A stretch of 18,899 bases of DNA, from NCBI GenBank assembly GCA_965203905.1, contig CBDBDQ010000002.1, positions 1 to 18,899 of the forward strand, written 5' to 3'. Below the pieces are notes generated by a model. It was not told the origin of the DNA. It did not search any database and saw nothing but the letters and a program-made list of their open reading frames with translations. Below, piece after piece: positions 8,280 through 16,208 of this stretch (its first letter is position 1; each line of letters opens with the position of its first letter). Position numbers and translations under genes: made by a program. This stretch comes from Spirochaetia bacterium (GTDB taxonomy: Bacteria > Spirochaetota > Spirochaetia > SZUA-6 > Bin103).

Positions 8280-8362
8280 CTCCTCGTAATGGGTCTGGAG
8301 GTGGTGGATTCCGGAAGCCTCAGCAACGGCTCCCGCGCCGGCAGCCAGCGCCGGCGCACCTC
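8280..8362 (-). ncRNA. Candidate structured cis-regulatory leader of sodA
   Basis: Three helices forming a junction, starting at the predicted +1, with an anti-SD overlap; no family recognised. Confidence 0.35.
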
Positions 8363-8368
8363 ACGCGC

Positions 8369-8398
8369 AAAGTAACTATCGCACCCGGACCCCGTCAA
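8369..8398 (-). promoter_or_regulatory. Putative sodA-trxB promoter
   Basis: Minus strand TTGACG-N18-TACTTT. Confidence 0.55.
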
Positions 8399-8401
8399 GG
8401 T

Positions 8402-8432
8402 TGCGCGCCGGACGGGTCAGCTTCGGCGCGCA
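8402..8432. repeat. GC-rich hairpin between divergent promoters
   Basis: TGCGCGCCGGA-N9-TTCGGCGCGCA, 11-bp stem with one G-T pair. Confidence 0.5.
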
Positions 8433-8498
8433 GGAAATTGCGGCTTACTGACGTCACCGGTAGCGAGTATGGCGCTGTCGGTTCCCGGCGCATCAGAA

Positions 8499-8527
8499 TT
8501 CACGACCGCGCCCCGACAACGTATACT
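8499..8527 (+). promoter_or_regulatory. Putative promoter of the first two GH32-like genes (very short leader)
   Basis: TTCACG-N17-TATACT, 11 nt before GTG 8539; no SD. Confidence 0.6.
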
Positions 8528-8538
8528 GATTTTCCGTC

Positions 8539-10044
8539 GTGGATTACGACCGCCAGGACTTCGCACCCTGCAGCACGCTTCACTTCCGTCCGGAGGGTGC
8601 ACTGGTCGGGGATATGTCGTTCTTCTCCCGTGGAGACGAGTGTCACCTGTTCTACCTGACCAAGCGCAACGACGACCCGCCCCGGCTTCCCCACAACCAG
8701 CTCGACCACGCGGTGAGCACCGACCTGCTGCACTGGGAACGGCTGCCGCCGGCGCTGCTGCCGGGCGCGCCGGGCAGCGCCGATGCAACCGGCATCGGCG
8801 GTTGCACCATCGTGCCGGACCGGGGCGTCTATCACATGTTTTACGCCGGCACCGTCAACGAGGTGATCTACCATGCCCGCAGCACCGACCTGATCCGCTG
8901 GCAGAAGGACTCGCCCCTGGAGCCGTTGGTAGTACCCGATCCGCGCTGGTACACGCCGCATACCGTGCCCCCCGACGAGGGGCGCGCCTGGCGTGACCCA
9001 TTCCTGTTCCGCGACTCCGCCGGCGACCGCTACCTGCTGCTGGTGACCGCCCGTCTCAGACAGGGGGCGCCCACCGAGCGCGGCTGCGTGGGGCTGGCGG
9101 CGAGCGAAGACCTGGAGCATTGGGAGGTTCAGCCGCCTCTGTACGCTTCCCACGTCTGCAACGCCCCCGAGGTGTGCGAGCTGTTCGCCATGGACGGCCG
9201 CTACTACCTGTTCTTCTCGCACGGCGAGACCTTCACCTGCCGCTACCGGGTTGCCGAGCGGTGGGACGGCCCATACCGCTGCCCGCCCGACGACCTGCTG
9301 CTGACCCCCTGGACCTACGCGCCGCGCAGCGTGTGCATGGACGGTGACCGCTACCTGGTCCCCTGGGTCGCCGACCACCTGAGCGGTCAGGACGGCTATC
9401 AGCCCGACTACGCGCCGGTGTGGGGCGGCGACGGATTCACCTGGGGTGGGGTGCTGGGCACCCCGCAACTCATGCGCACGCTGTCCGACGGCCGCCTCGT
9501 CCTGTGCTACCCGGAGATCGTCGAGCGCCTGCTGGGAGCGCGCCTGGTTGCTCCCGGCGCGTGGCGGTGCGCGGCAACCGAGCGGGGCGCATGGGAGGCG
9601 GGCTCCGGCGGCATCACCGGCTCTTCGGACCAGGGGTTGGCGCGGGCAATGCTTCCGGTCGCCGGAGAGAACTTCCGCGTCTCCTGCACGATGACCATCG
9701 AAGCCGGTTGCGCGGCCGGCTTGATCGTGCGCGGCAACGAACGGGGCGACTCCGGCTATTACATCCGGATCGAGCCGGGGATGAAGTCGGTATCGTTGTG
9801 GCGCTATCCCCGTCCCTGGGTGGTGGCACGGCCCCTGGCGGCGCGGATCTTGCCGGAGATCGACTACCACGCCGTATTGGAGATAAAGATCCTCCTGCAC
9901 CGGCACGTGCTCGATGCCTACCTCGACGGCCGACACCTGTTCTCGGCGCCCGTACACGATTACCGTGAAGGCCGCTTCGGCGTGTTCGTGGAAGACTCCC
10001 GGACCCGGTTCGGGGAGGTCGACGGCCGCGAGTTGCACGAATAG
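8539..10044 (+). CDS. GH32-like (clan GH-J) five-bladed beta-propeller glycosidase with C-terminal beta-sandwich
   Basis: VGDMSF (nucleophile Asp), HAVSTDLLHW, WRDPF, PEVCELF (acid/base Glu), repeated SxDLxxW boxes; no signal peptide. Confidence 0.8.
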   Translation: MDYDRQDFAPCSTLHFRPEGALVGDMSFFSRGDECHLFYLTKRNDDPPRLPHNQLDHAVSTDLLHWERLPPALLPGAPGSADATGIGGCTIVPDRGVYHMFYAGTVNEVIYHARSTDLIRWQKDSPLEPLVVPDPRWYTPHTVPPDEGRAWRDPFLFRDSAGDRYLLLVTARLRQGAPTERGCVGLAASEDLEHWEVQPPLYASHVCNAPEVCELFAMDGRYYLFFSHGETFTCRYRVAERWDGPYRCPPDDLLLTPWTYAPRSVCMDGDRYLVPWVADHLSGQDGYQPDYAPVWGGDGFTWGGVLGTPQLMRTLSDGRLVLCYPEIVERLLGARLVAPGAWRCAATERGAWEAGSGGITGSSDQGLARAMLPVAGENFRVSCTMTIEAGCAAGLIVRGNERGDSGYYIRIEPGMKSVSLWRYPRPWVVARPLAARILPEIDYHAVLEIKILLHRHVLDAYLDGRHLFSAPVHDYREGRFGVFVEDSRTRFGEVDGRELHE

Positions 10045-10052
10045 CGGGTGCG

Positions 10053-11444
10053 ATGGAGGAGGCGCACCGCCCGCAGTTTCACTATACCTGCCGTGCCGGC
10101 TGGCTGTGCGACGTCAACGGGCCGATCTTCCACGCTGGAGAGTACCACCTGTTCTACGAGTACAATCCCGCCGGTCCCACCTGGAACTATGCCAACATGC
10201 ACTGGGGCCACGCGGTCAGCACCGACCTGGTGCGCTGGCGCGAGCTGCCGCCGATCCTCGCCCCCGACCGGCACGGACCGGTCAACTCCGGCTCGGTCGT
10301 CGTGGACTGGAACGACACCTGCGGCCTGGCCACGGCCGGGGACCCGGTCCTGGTGGCGCTGTACACCGAGGGCCGCTATCTGCTGCCGGCCAACCGGCCT
10401 GCGGCGCAATCGCTTGCCTACAGCAACGACCGCGGACGCACCTGGACCAGGTTCTCCGGCAACCCCGTGCTCGGACGCACCACCCACTATGCGCGCGATC
10501 CCAAGGTGCTGTGGCACGCGGCGAGCGGCCGCTGGATCATGGCGCTGATCCTGTCCGAGCACGGCGACGAGCGCGACCACAGGTTCGGCCTGTTCTCGTC
10601 GCCCGACCTGCGGCAGTGGCGCTGGGAGAGCACGTTTGACATGCCCACCGCGTGCGACTGCCCCGACCTGTTCGCGCTGCCGGCTGACGGCGATCTCGAT
10701 GACTTGCGCTGGGTGTTCTGGGGTGGCGACGGCACCCATGCGACCGGGACGTTCGACGGGCGCAGTTTCACCCCGGAGGGCGAGATCGTGCCGCCGCTGG
10801 TGCCGTACGATTGCAACGGCGCGGTGGGGTTCGCGGCCAAGGTGTTTGCCGATCTTCCCGCCACCGACCGCCGCGCGATCCAGATCGCCTGGCTGCGCAA
10901 CGGCCACTATCCCGGCATGCCGTTCAGTCAGCAGTTGACGTTTCCCTGCGAGCTGAGTCTGCGTACCGGCGCCGGTACGGGGCATGCGGTGGCACAGGTG
11001 TGCCGGCAGCCGGTGCGCGAGATCGAGCTGCTGTACCGCCGGCGGCACCACTGGCGGGATGCGGCGTTGGCACCGGGGCACGATCCGCTGGCCGCCGTCG
11101 CCGGCGAGCTGTTCGACATCAAGGTCGAGCTGCAGCCGGGCACTGCGCAGCGCGTGGCGTTCACGCTGCACGGCCAGACCGTGGCCTACGATGCCCGTAC
11201 CCAACGCTTGGCCTGCATGGGCACCGAGGTCGAGCTGGCAGCGGAACCGGACCCGGACCGCCTCACGCTGCGGATGCTGCTCGATCGCAACTCCATCGAG
11301 ATCTTCACCGACCGTGGCGCGGTCGCGCTCGCCTTCTCCTTTGTGCCGCGTCCGCAGCAGAAGGGTCTGGAGCTGACCGCGGCCGGCGGCACGGCGCGAA
11401 TCGTTTCACTGACCGTGTCGGAACTCGCCTCGATTCACGCCTGA
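10053..11444 (+). CDS. GH32 levanase/fructosidase-like glycosidase with altered catalytic motifs
   Basis: HRPQFHY..GWLCDVNG, MHWGHAVSTDLVRW, SGS, QSLAYSNDRGRTW, ARDPKV, DCPDLF, C-terminal LLDRNSIEIF. Confidence 0.9.
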   Translation: MEEAHRPQFHYTCRAGWLCDVNGPIFHAGEYHLFYEYNPAGPTWNYANMHWGHAVSTDLVRWRELPPILAPDRHGPVNSGSVVVDWNDTCGLATAGDPVLVALYTEGRYLLPANRPAAQSLAYSNDRGRTWTRFSGNPVLGRTTHYARDPKVLWHAASGRWIMALILSEHGDERDHRFGLFSSPDLRQWRWESTFDMPTACDCPDLFALPADGDLDDLRWVFWGGDGTHATGTFDGRSFTPEGEIVPPLVPYDCNGAVGFAAKVFADLPATDRRAIQIAWLRNGHYPGMPFSQQLTFPCELSLRTGAGTGHAVAQVCRQPVREIELLYRRRHHWRDAALAPGHDPLAAVAGELFDIKVELQPGTAQRVAFTLHGQTVAYDARTQRLACMGTEVELAAEPDPDRLTLRMLLDRNSIEIFTDRGAVALAFSFVPRPQQKGLELTAAGGTARIVSLTVSELASIHA

Positions 11445-11486
11445 TCACGTGCACCGCCTGCGTTACAGCCCGCCGCGCCGCGCAAT

Positions 11487-11515
11487 TTGACGGCGCCGCG
11501 GAGCCTCCTTACAGT
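11487..11515 (+). promoter_or_regulatory. Putative internal promoter of the ABC-GH32 operon
   Basis: TTGACG-N17-TACAGT upstream of SD GAGGAGG and ATG 11550. Confidence 0.65.
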
Positions 11516-11549
11516 GGCCCACACGCAACTACCTTGAGGAGGTGTACTC

Positions 11550-12779
11550 ATGCGAAGGAAAGCAATCCTGCTTGCCGCGCTCGTTCTGGTGGGCGGGCTG
11601 ATCTGGACGCAACAGGTACTGGCGCAGCGCGTCACCCTGAGCGTGTCGTTGGGGACGACGGAGGTGCACGAGGCCTGGTACCGGCTGTACGAAGAGCAGC
11701 ACCCGAACGTCAGGATCGAGAGCTTCGTGGTGCCGGGCGCCTCGATGGAGGACTTTCTGCGCGCCCGAGCCGCTGCCGGTACGCTGCCCGACCTGTTCGC
11801 GATCAACAGCAACGCATTCGGCCACAAGTTCATGGAGGACGGCTTCGCGGCCGACCTCGCCGCCACCGCTGCCGCGGCCAATACCCTGCCGGGACTGCGC
11901 GAGCCGTTCACCACCCCGGCCGGACAGGTCTACGGCATTCCGGTGGGCACTGCCACCACCTGGATGTACTACAACCGCGACCTGATCGCGGAAGCGGGCA
12001 TCTCGGCGATTCCGACTACCTGGGACGAGTTCATCGCGGCCCTCGAAAAGCTCAAGAGCAAGCGCATCGCGGGCACCATCATCGACAAGGACGGTTTCGG
12101 CAACTCCTGGTTCAGCTACATCTTCGCCCAGAAGGTGGTGCCCGGCGAGCCCGATTTCGTCGCCAAGATAGAACGCGGCGAGTTCGACTTCACTCAGCCC
12201 GGCGTGGCCGAAATCTTCGCCAAGGTGAAGTACATGACCGACAACGGATTGGCCCACAAGGCGTTCATGAGCACCAACAACGCCCAGGCTACCAGTCTGT
12301 TCCTGCAGGGACGGGCGGCGACCTTCTTCGCCGGGAGTTGGCAGGCAAACCAACTGCTCAGCGGTGACGTCGACGCCGGGATCTTCTTCCCGGCGGTCAG
12401 GGACGCCGGTGAAGCGACCATGGGAGTGCTGGTGCCCGAGACCGGCGCCGGCGTGAACGCGGCGTCCGAGAACCTGGATGCCGCCATCGAGTTGCTCGAC
12501 TGGATGTTCGGGGACGGCTACGCGTTCTACCAGAACGGGATGGGCAATATTCCGAGCGTGATCAACGTGGTTGGTGAGGTCAAGCTGGATCCACGCGTGA
12601 TCCGGGTGCTCGACGAGGTGAAGGGCTATCCGCAGACCCGGCTGTGGTTCCAGTACCTGCCGTCGGAGACGCTGCCCCTGGTCAACAAGCTGCTCGACCA
12701 GGTGTTGCTTGATGAGCTGACCCCGCAGGAGGCGGCGGAAGAGCTCCACAACGCGGCCCGTGACGCCGTGATGCAATAG
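11550..12779 (+). CDS. Sugar ABC transporter solute-binding protein
   Basis: Signal peptide ending VLA-Q, YEEQHPNV, GTLPDLF, GQVYGIP, YYNRDLIAEAGI..PTTWDEF, FLQGRAA; strong SD. Confidence 0.95.
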   Translation: MRRKAILLAALVLVGGLIWTQQVLAQRVTLSVSLGTTEVHEAWYRLYEEQHPNVRIESFVVPGASMEDFLRARAAAGTLPDLFAINSNAFGHKFMEDGFAADLAATAAAANTLPGLREPFTTPAGQVYGIPVGTATTWMYYNRDLIAEAGISAIPTTWDEFIAALEKLKSKRIAGTIIDKDGFGNSWFSYIFAQKVVPGEPDFVAKIERGEFDFTQPGVAEIFAKVKYMTDNGLAHKAFMSTNNAQATSLFLQGRAATFFAGSWQANQLLSGDVDAGIFFPAVRDAGEATMGVLVPETGAGVNAASENLDAAIELLDWMFGDGYAFYQNGMGNIPSVINVVGEVKLDPRVIRVLDEVKGYPQTRLWFQYLPSETLPLVNKLLDQVLLDELTPQEAAEELHNAARDAVMQ

Positions 12780-12793
12780 ACCTCGGGCTGCCT

Positions 12794-12825
12794 GAGCGCG
12801 GGGTGAACCGTTTCACCCTGCGCTC
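12794..12825 (+). terminator. Stem-loop after the binding-protein gene (mRNA stabiliser; no U-tract)
   Basis: GAGCGCGGGGTGAA-CCGT-TTCACCCTGCGCTC, 14-bp stem with one G-U pair. Confidence 0.7.
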
Positions 12826-12830
12826 GCCGT

Positions 12831-13724
12831 ATGCAGATCAAGTATCACCAGCAGCGCTTCATCGCCGGCCTGCTGTTCGTGGTTCCGGCGCTGTCGGTGG
12901 CGGTCGTGTTCTTCGTCTACCCGATCGCCCTGACCCTGCGCTACAGCTTTACCAATTGGGACGGTCTGTTTCCGCAGGCGGAGTTCGTGGGATTGAAGAA
13001 CTTCGCCGTCGTGCTCGGGGAACGTTCCATCAAGCGGGTGTTCTTCAACACGTTCTACCTGGTCGTGCTGTACGTACCGGTGCTCAACGTGCTGGCGGTG
13101 TTGATCGCCGTGCACATTCACAACGTGGTCCGGCTCAGGAACCTCTACAAGGCGATCATGTACTTGCCGCAGATGCTGTCGCTGACCGTGGTCGGGTTCG
13201 TGTGGAAGGTGATCTACTCGTACGACGGCGGGCTGATCAATGAAGCGATGATCCTGCTCGGCCTGGAGTGGCATACCCAGGACTGGCTCGGGCAGCGCAA
13301 CACCGTGCTGCCGGCGATGAGCCTGACCATCGTCTGGTCCGCGCTCGGCTACTTCATCCTCATCTACCTGGCGGGGTTGCACGCGATTCCCCGCGAGCTG
13401 TACGAATCCGCCGACGTCGACGGCGCCGGCCCCTTCAAGCAGTTCCTGTTTATCACCATCCCCTTGCTGGCGCAGGCGATCACCATCAGCGTCACCCTCT
13501 CCGCGATCGGCATCCTGGGGCTGTTCGACCTGCCGTTCGTGCTCACCGAAGGCGGCCCCGGCTACCTTTCGGAAACCCTCGCGCTGCGCGTCTACATGTA
13601 CGCATTCGCGCAGTTGCGCATCGACTACGGGCTGGCGATGGCGGTGATCCTGGGGATCATCTCGGTGCTGGCCGCACTCGTTCTGCTGAAGCTGTTCCGG
13701 AAACGGGAGGAGGTGTACGGCTGA
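12831..13724 (+). CDS. Carbohydrate ABC transporter permease (MalF-type)
   Basis: SFTNWDG, FVGLKNF, ELYESADVDGA, LTEGGPG. Confidence 0.95.
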   Translation: MQIKYHQQRFIAGLLFVVPALSVAVVFFVYPIALTLRYSFTNWDGLFPQAEFVGLKNFAVVLGERSIKRVFFNTFYLVVLYVPVLNVLAVLIAVHIHNVVRLRNLYKAIMYLPQMLSLTVVGFVWKVIYSYDGGLINEAMILLGLEWHTQDWLGQRNTVLPAMSLTIVWSALGYFILIYLAGLHAIPRELYESADVDGAGPFKQFLFITIPLLAQAITISVTLSAIGILGLFDLPFVLTEGGPGYLSETLALRVYMYAFAQLRIDYGLAMAVILGIISVLAALVLLKLFRKREEVYG

Positions 13725-14563
13725 TGGCGCCGCCGGGCCATCGACTCAGATCCAGGCTGGTGTCGAACGCGGTGCTGGTATTCTTCTGCATCCTTACCTT
13801 CATTCCGGTATGGTACTTCCTGAACAACGCTTTCAAGGAGGAGAAGTACGTATACCAGAGTCCTCTCACCATCACGCCGCAGCAGTTCACTACCGAGAAC
13901 GTGGTGCGCGCGTTCAACCACCTCAAGTACGGTCGCTCGTTCCTGAACAGCGTCATCTTCGTGACTACCTCGTGCGCGCTGCTGGTGTTTCTCGCTTCGC
14001 TCGCGTCCTTCGCCATAGCGGTGGTCAGGGGCAGGCTGTTAGGGGCGATCTACGTGGGCTTCGTGCTGATGATCACCCTGCCGTTCGGACTGGCGATGAT
14101 CCCGCTGGTGTCGCTGCTCAGAGACCTGGGTCTGCTCAACACCTACCTGGGAACGTCGCTGGTCTACACCGCCACCGCCATTCCGTTTGCGGTGTTCCTG
14201 TACACCGGCTACATCAGGACCATTCCGCGCGACTTCGAAGACGCGGCCAGAATCGACGGCTGCGGCATGTTCCGTACCTTCGCATCCGTGTACCTGCCGC
14301 TGTTGGGCACGGTCACGGTCACGCTCCTGATTCTGCGCGGCGTGGCGATCTACAATGACCTGCTGATCCCGCTGCTGACGATCAGCGACGTATTCAAGGT
14401 GCCGCTGGCGTTGCGGCTGTACTCGTTCGCGACCGAGCGCATCATCTACTGGGAACTGCTGTTCGCCGGCACCTTTCTGGTGAGCATTCCGATCATCATG
14501 GCGTTTCTGTTCCTGCAGCGGTTCATCACCAGCGAAGCGATCGGCGGCGCGATCAAGGGCTGA
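13724..14563 (+). CDS. Carbohydrate ABC transporter permease (MalG-type)
   Basis: Start MAPPGHR at a TGATG overlap after SD GGAGGAGG; EAA loop IPRDFEDAARIDGC; ends GAIKG. The track's upstream extension to 13268 overlaps the previous gene. Confidence 0.95.
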   Translation: MAPPGHRLRSRLVSNAVLVFFCILTFIPVWYFLNNAFKEEKYVYQSPLTITPQQFTTENVVRAFNHLKYGRSFLNSVIFVTTSCALLVFLASLASFAIAVVRGRLLGAIYVGFVLMITLPFGLAMIPLVSLLRDLGLLNTYLGTSLVYTATAIPFAVFLYTGYIRTIPRDFEDAARIDGCGMFRTFASVYLPLLGTVTVTLLILRGVAIYNDLLIPLLTISDVFKVPLALRLYSFATERIIYWELLFAGTFLVSIPIIMAFLFLQRFITSEAIGGAIKG

Positions 14564-16098
14564 TGACGGGAGATTCGGTCAGGCGACTGGGACACCTGGT
14601 GGAGCACGCCCGCGAGCTGCGCGAGCGCTACCAGGCCGACTCGCACCGCCCGCGCTACCACTTTCTGGCGCCGGAGGGCGTATGCCATCCGTTCGATCCG
14701 CAGGGATGCATCTACTGGCGCGGGCGCTACCACCTGTTCTACGCCGTTCAGGCGGACGGGGTGGGGCTGTGGGGCCACGCATCCAGCACCGACCTGCTGC
14801 ACTGGCGGCACCACCCGACTCCGCTGGGCATCGGGCCGGGCGATCCGGAGGAACAGGTGTACGCCGGCGGCGCCCTGATCACCAGGGAAGGTACGCCGGC
14901 GATGATCTACCACGGGGTCAACGCCGGTACCTGCATCGCCACCAGCGACGACGCCGGACTGTTGCGCTGGCGCAAGCACCCCGCCAATCCGGTGCTCCCG
15001 GTGCCGGGTGCCGGCGACCCGGGACATGGGCGGTATCACGTGTGGGATACCTGCGGCTGGGTGCACGGCGACGCGTACTATTCGATCAGCGGCAACAAGC
15101 CGGATACGCCGCCGCGGACCGAGGGAGATGTCGCTTACCTGTTCCGATCGTCGGACCTGGTACACTGGGAGTACCTGCATCCGTTCTACGTCTCCGAGCG
15201 GCGCTGGACCGACGCCGACGAAGATTGCTCCTGTCCCGATTTCTTCCCGCTGGGAGATCGGCACGTGCTGATGTTCATCAGCCACACGCGCGGCACGCAG
15301 TACTACGTCGGCCGCTACACGGGGGAGCGGTTTCATCCCGAACGCAACGGGCGCCTGAACTGGGCCGGTGGTCCCAGCTTTGCCCAGGAGAGCCTGCTGG
15401 ACAGCTCCGGCCGCCGGATATTCTGGGCCTGGCTGTGCGAGTCGCGCACGCAGGATGCCCAGCTTCGGGCCGGCTGGGCCGGCGTGATGAGCCTGCCGCG
15501 GGTGCTGTCGCTGGCTTCCGACGGCACCCTGGGCATCGCTCCGGCCGCGGAGCTGCGCAGGCTGCGGCTGAACCCACGCCGGTACGACCGCGTGCGGGTG
15601 GCCGCCGGCGCTTGCCTGCCGCTGGAGGTGCACGGCGACTGCCTGGAGCTGGCGCTGAAGGTGGGGCCTGGCGAGGCGGAGTCGGAGTTCGGTGTCCTGG
15701 TCAGGCGCTCGCCGGACGGCGCCGAGCAGACGGAGATCGCGTTCGACCCGGCGGCGAAGGTGCTGCGCATCGATACCAGCCGCTCCAGCCTGAGCAGCGA
15801 GATCGTCCAGCCGTGGCCGCAGCCGAGCGCCTCGTTTCTCCCCGATCCGCTGGCCGGCAGAGCCGACGTGCGGGTTCAGGAGGCGCCGTTTGCGCTGCGC
15901 CCGGGAGAGTCCCTGGAGCTACGGATCTTCCTCGACCGGTCGGTGCTGGAGGTGTTCGCCAACGGCCGCCAGTGCATGGCGCAGCGGATCTACCCGACCC
16001 GCGGCGACAGCACCGGCATTGCGCTGTTCGGCCGCGGCCGTGCTGTCACGGTCCGGCGCCTGCGGACCTGGGACCTGGCCGCCACCAACCCCTGGTGA
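14563..16098 (+). CDS. GH32-like glycosidase with non-canonical RDP and EC motifs
   Basis: HRPRYHF..PFDPQG, WGHASSTDLLHW, KHPANPV, VWDT (for RDP), EDCSCPDFF (for ECP), GVMSLPRVL, IFLDRSVLEVFAN; TGATG-coupled to the permease. Confidence 0.9.
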   Translation: MTGDSVRRLGHLVEHARELRERYQADSHRPRYHFLAPEGVCHPFDPQGCIYWRGRYHLFYAVQADGVGLWGHASSTDLLHWRHHPTPLGIGPGDPEEQVYAGGALITREGTPAMIYHGVNAGTCIATSDDAGLLRWRKHPANPVLPVPGAGDPGHGRYHVWDTCGWVHGDAYYSISGNKPDTPPRTEGDVAYLFRSSDLVHWEYLHPFYVSERRWTDADEDCSCPDFFPLGDRHVLMFISHTRGTQYYVGRYTGERFHPERNGRLNWAGGPSFAQESLLDSSGRRIFWAWLCESRTQDAQLRAGWAGVMSLPRVLSLASDGTLGIAPAAELRRLRLNPRRYDRVRVAAGACLPLEVHGDCLELALKVGPGEAESEFGVLVRRSPDGAEQTEIAFDPAAKVLRIDTSRSSLSSEIVQPWPQPSASFLPDPLAGRADVRVQEAPFALRPGESLELRIFLDRSVLEVFANGRQCMAQRIYPTRGDSTGIALFGRGRAVTVRRLRTWDLAATNPW

Positions 16099-16171
16099 AT
16101 CGCATGCATGCCCATTCGTAGTAGTTGGTGCCGCATTGGGTGAGGCATACGCGCCGCGGGAAGGGCTGCGG

Positions 16172-16201
16172 TTGCCAAATCTTGCCATCCAACCGTACGC
16201 T
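16172..16201 (+). promoter_or_regulatory. Putative parDE promoter/operator (leaderless geometry)
   Basis: TTGCCA-N18-TACGCT, 7 nt before GTG 16209; direct repeat TTGCCA-N4-TTGCCA could be an RHH binding site. Confidence 0.55.
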
Positions 16202-16208
16202 AGGTGGC

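Noticed and set aside
6515-8375. Long plus-strand ORFs (397 aa, 236 aa) opposite trxB and sodA
   Set aside because: Antisense open frames expected from high GC3 codon bias.
8274-8400. yybP-ykoY Mn riboswitch, TPP or NiCo assignment for the sodA leader
   Set aside because: Only fragments resemble them (AGACC, GCUGAG); key conserved segments are missing, so it is kept as an unassigned candidate.
13268-13723. N-terminal extension of the 431-aa permease ORF
   Set aside because: Overlaps the preceding permease in another frame; the real start is 13724 with SD and TGATG coupling.
8706-14805. Nucleotide repeat CCACGC..AGCACCGACCTG in all three GH genes
   Set aside because: Explained by the conserved HAxSTDLxxW protein motif and biased codon usage.
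8500-15633. Long antisense and alternate-frame ORFs (512, 414, 518, 415, 395, 479 aa) over the GH32/ABC cluster
   Set aside because: Arg/Pro/Ala-rich or mirror-frame products overlapping recognised genes; no independent start signals.
16125-16208. N-terminal extension of parD
   Set aside because: Overlaps the predicted promoter; family similarity begins at TMNVSLP.
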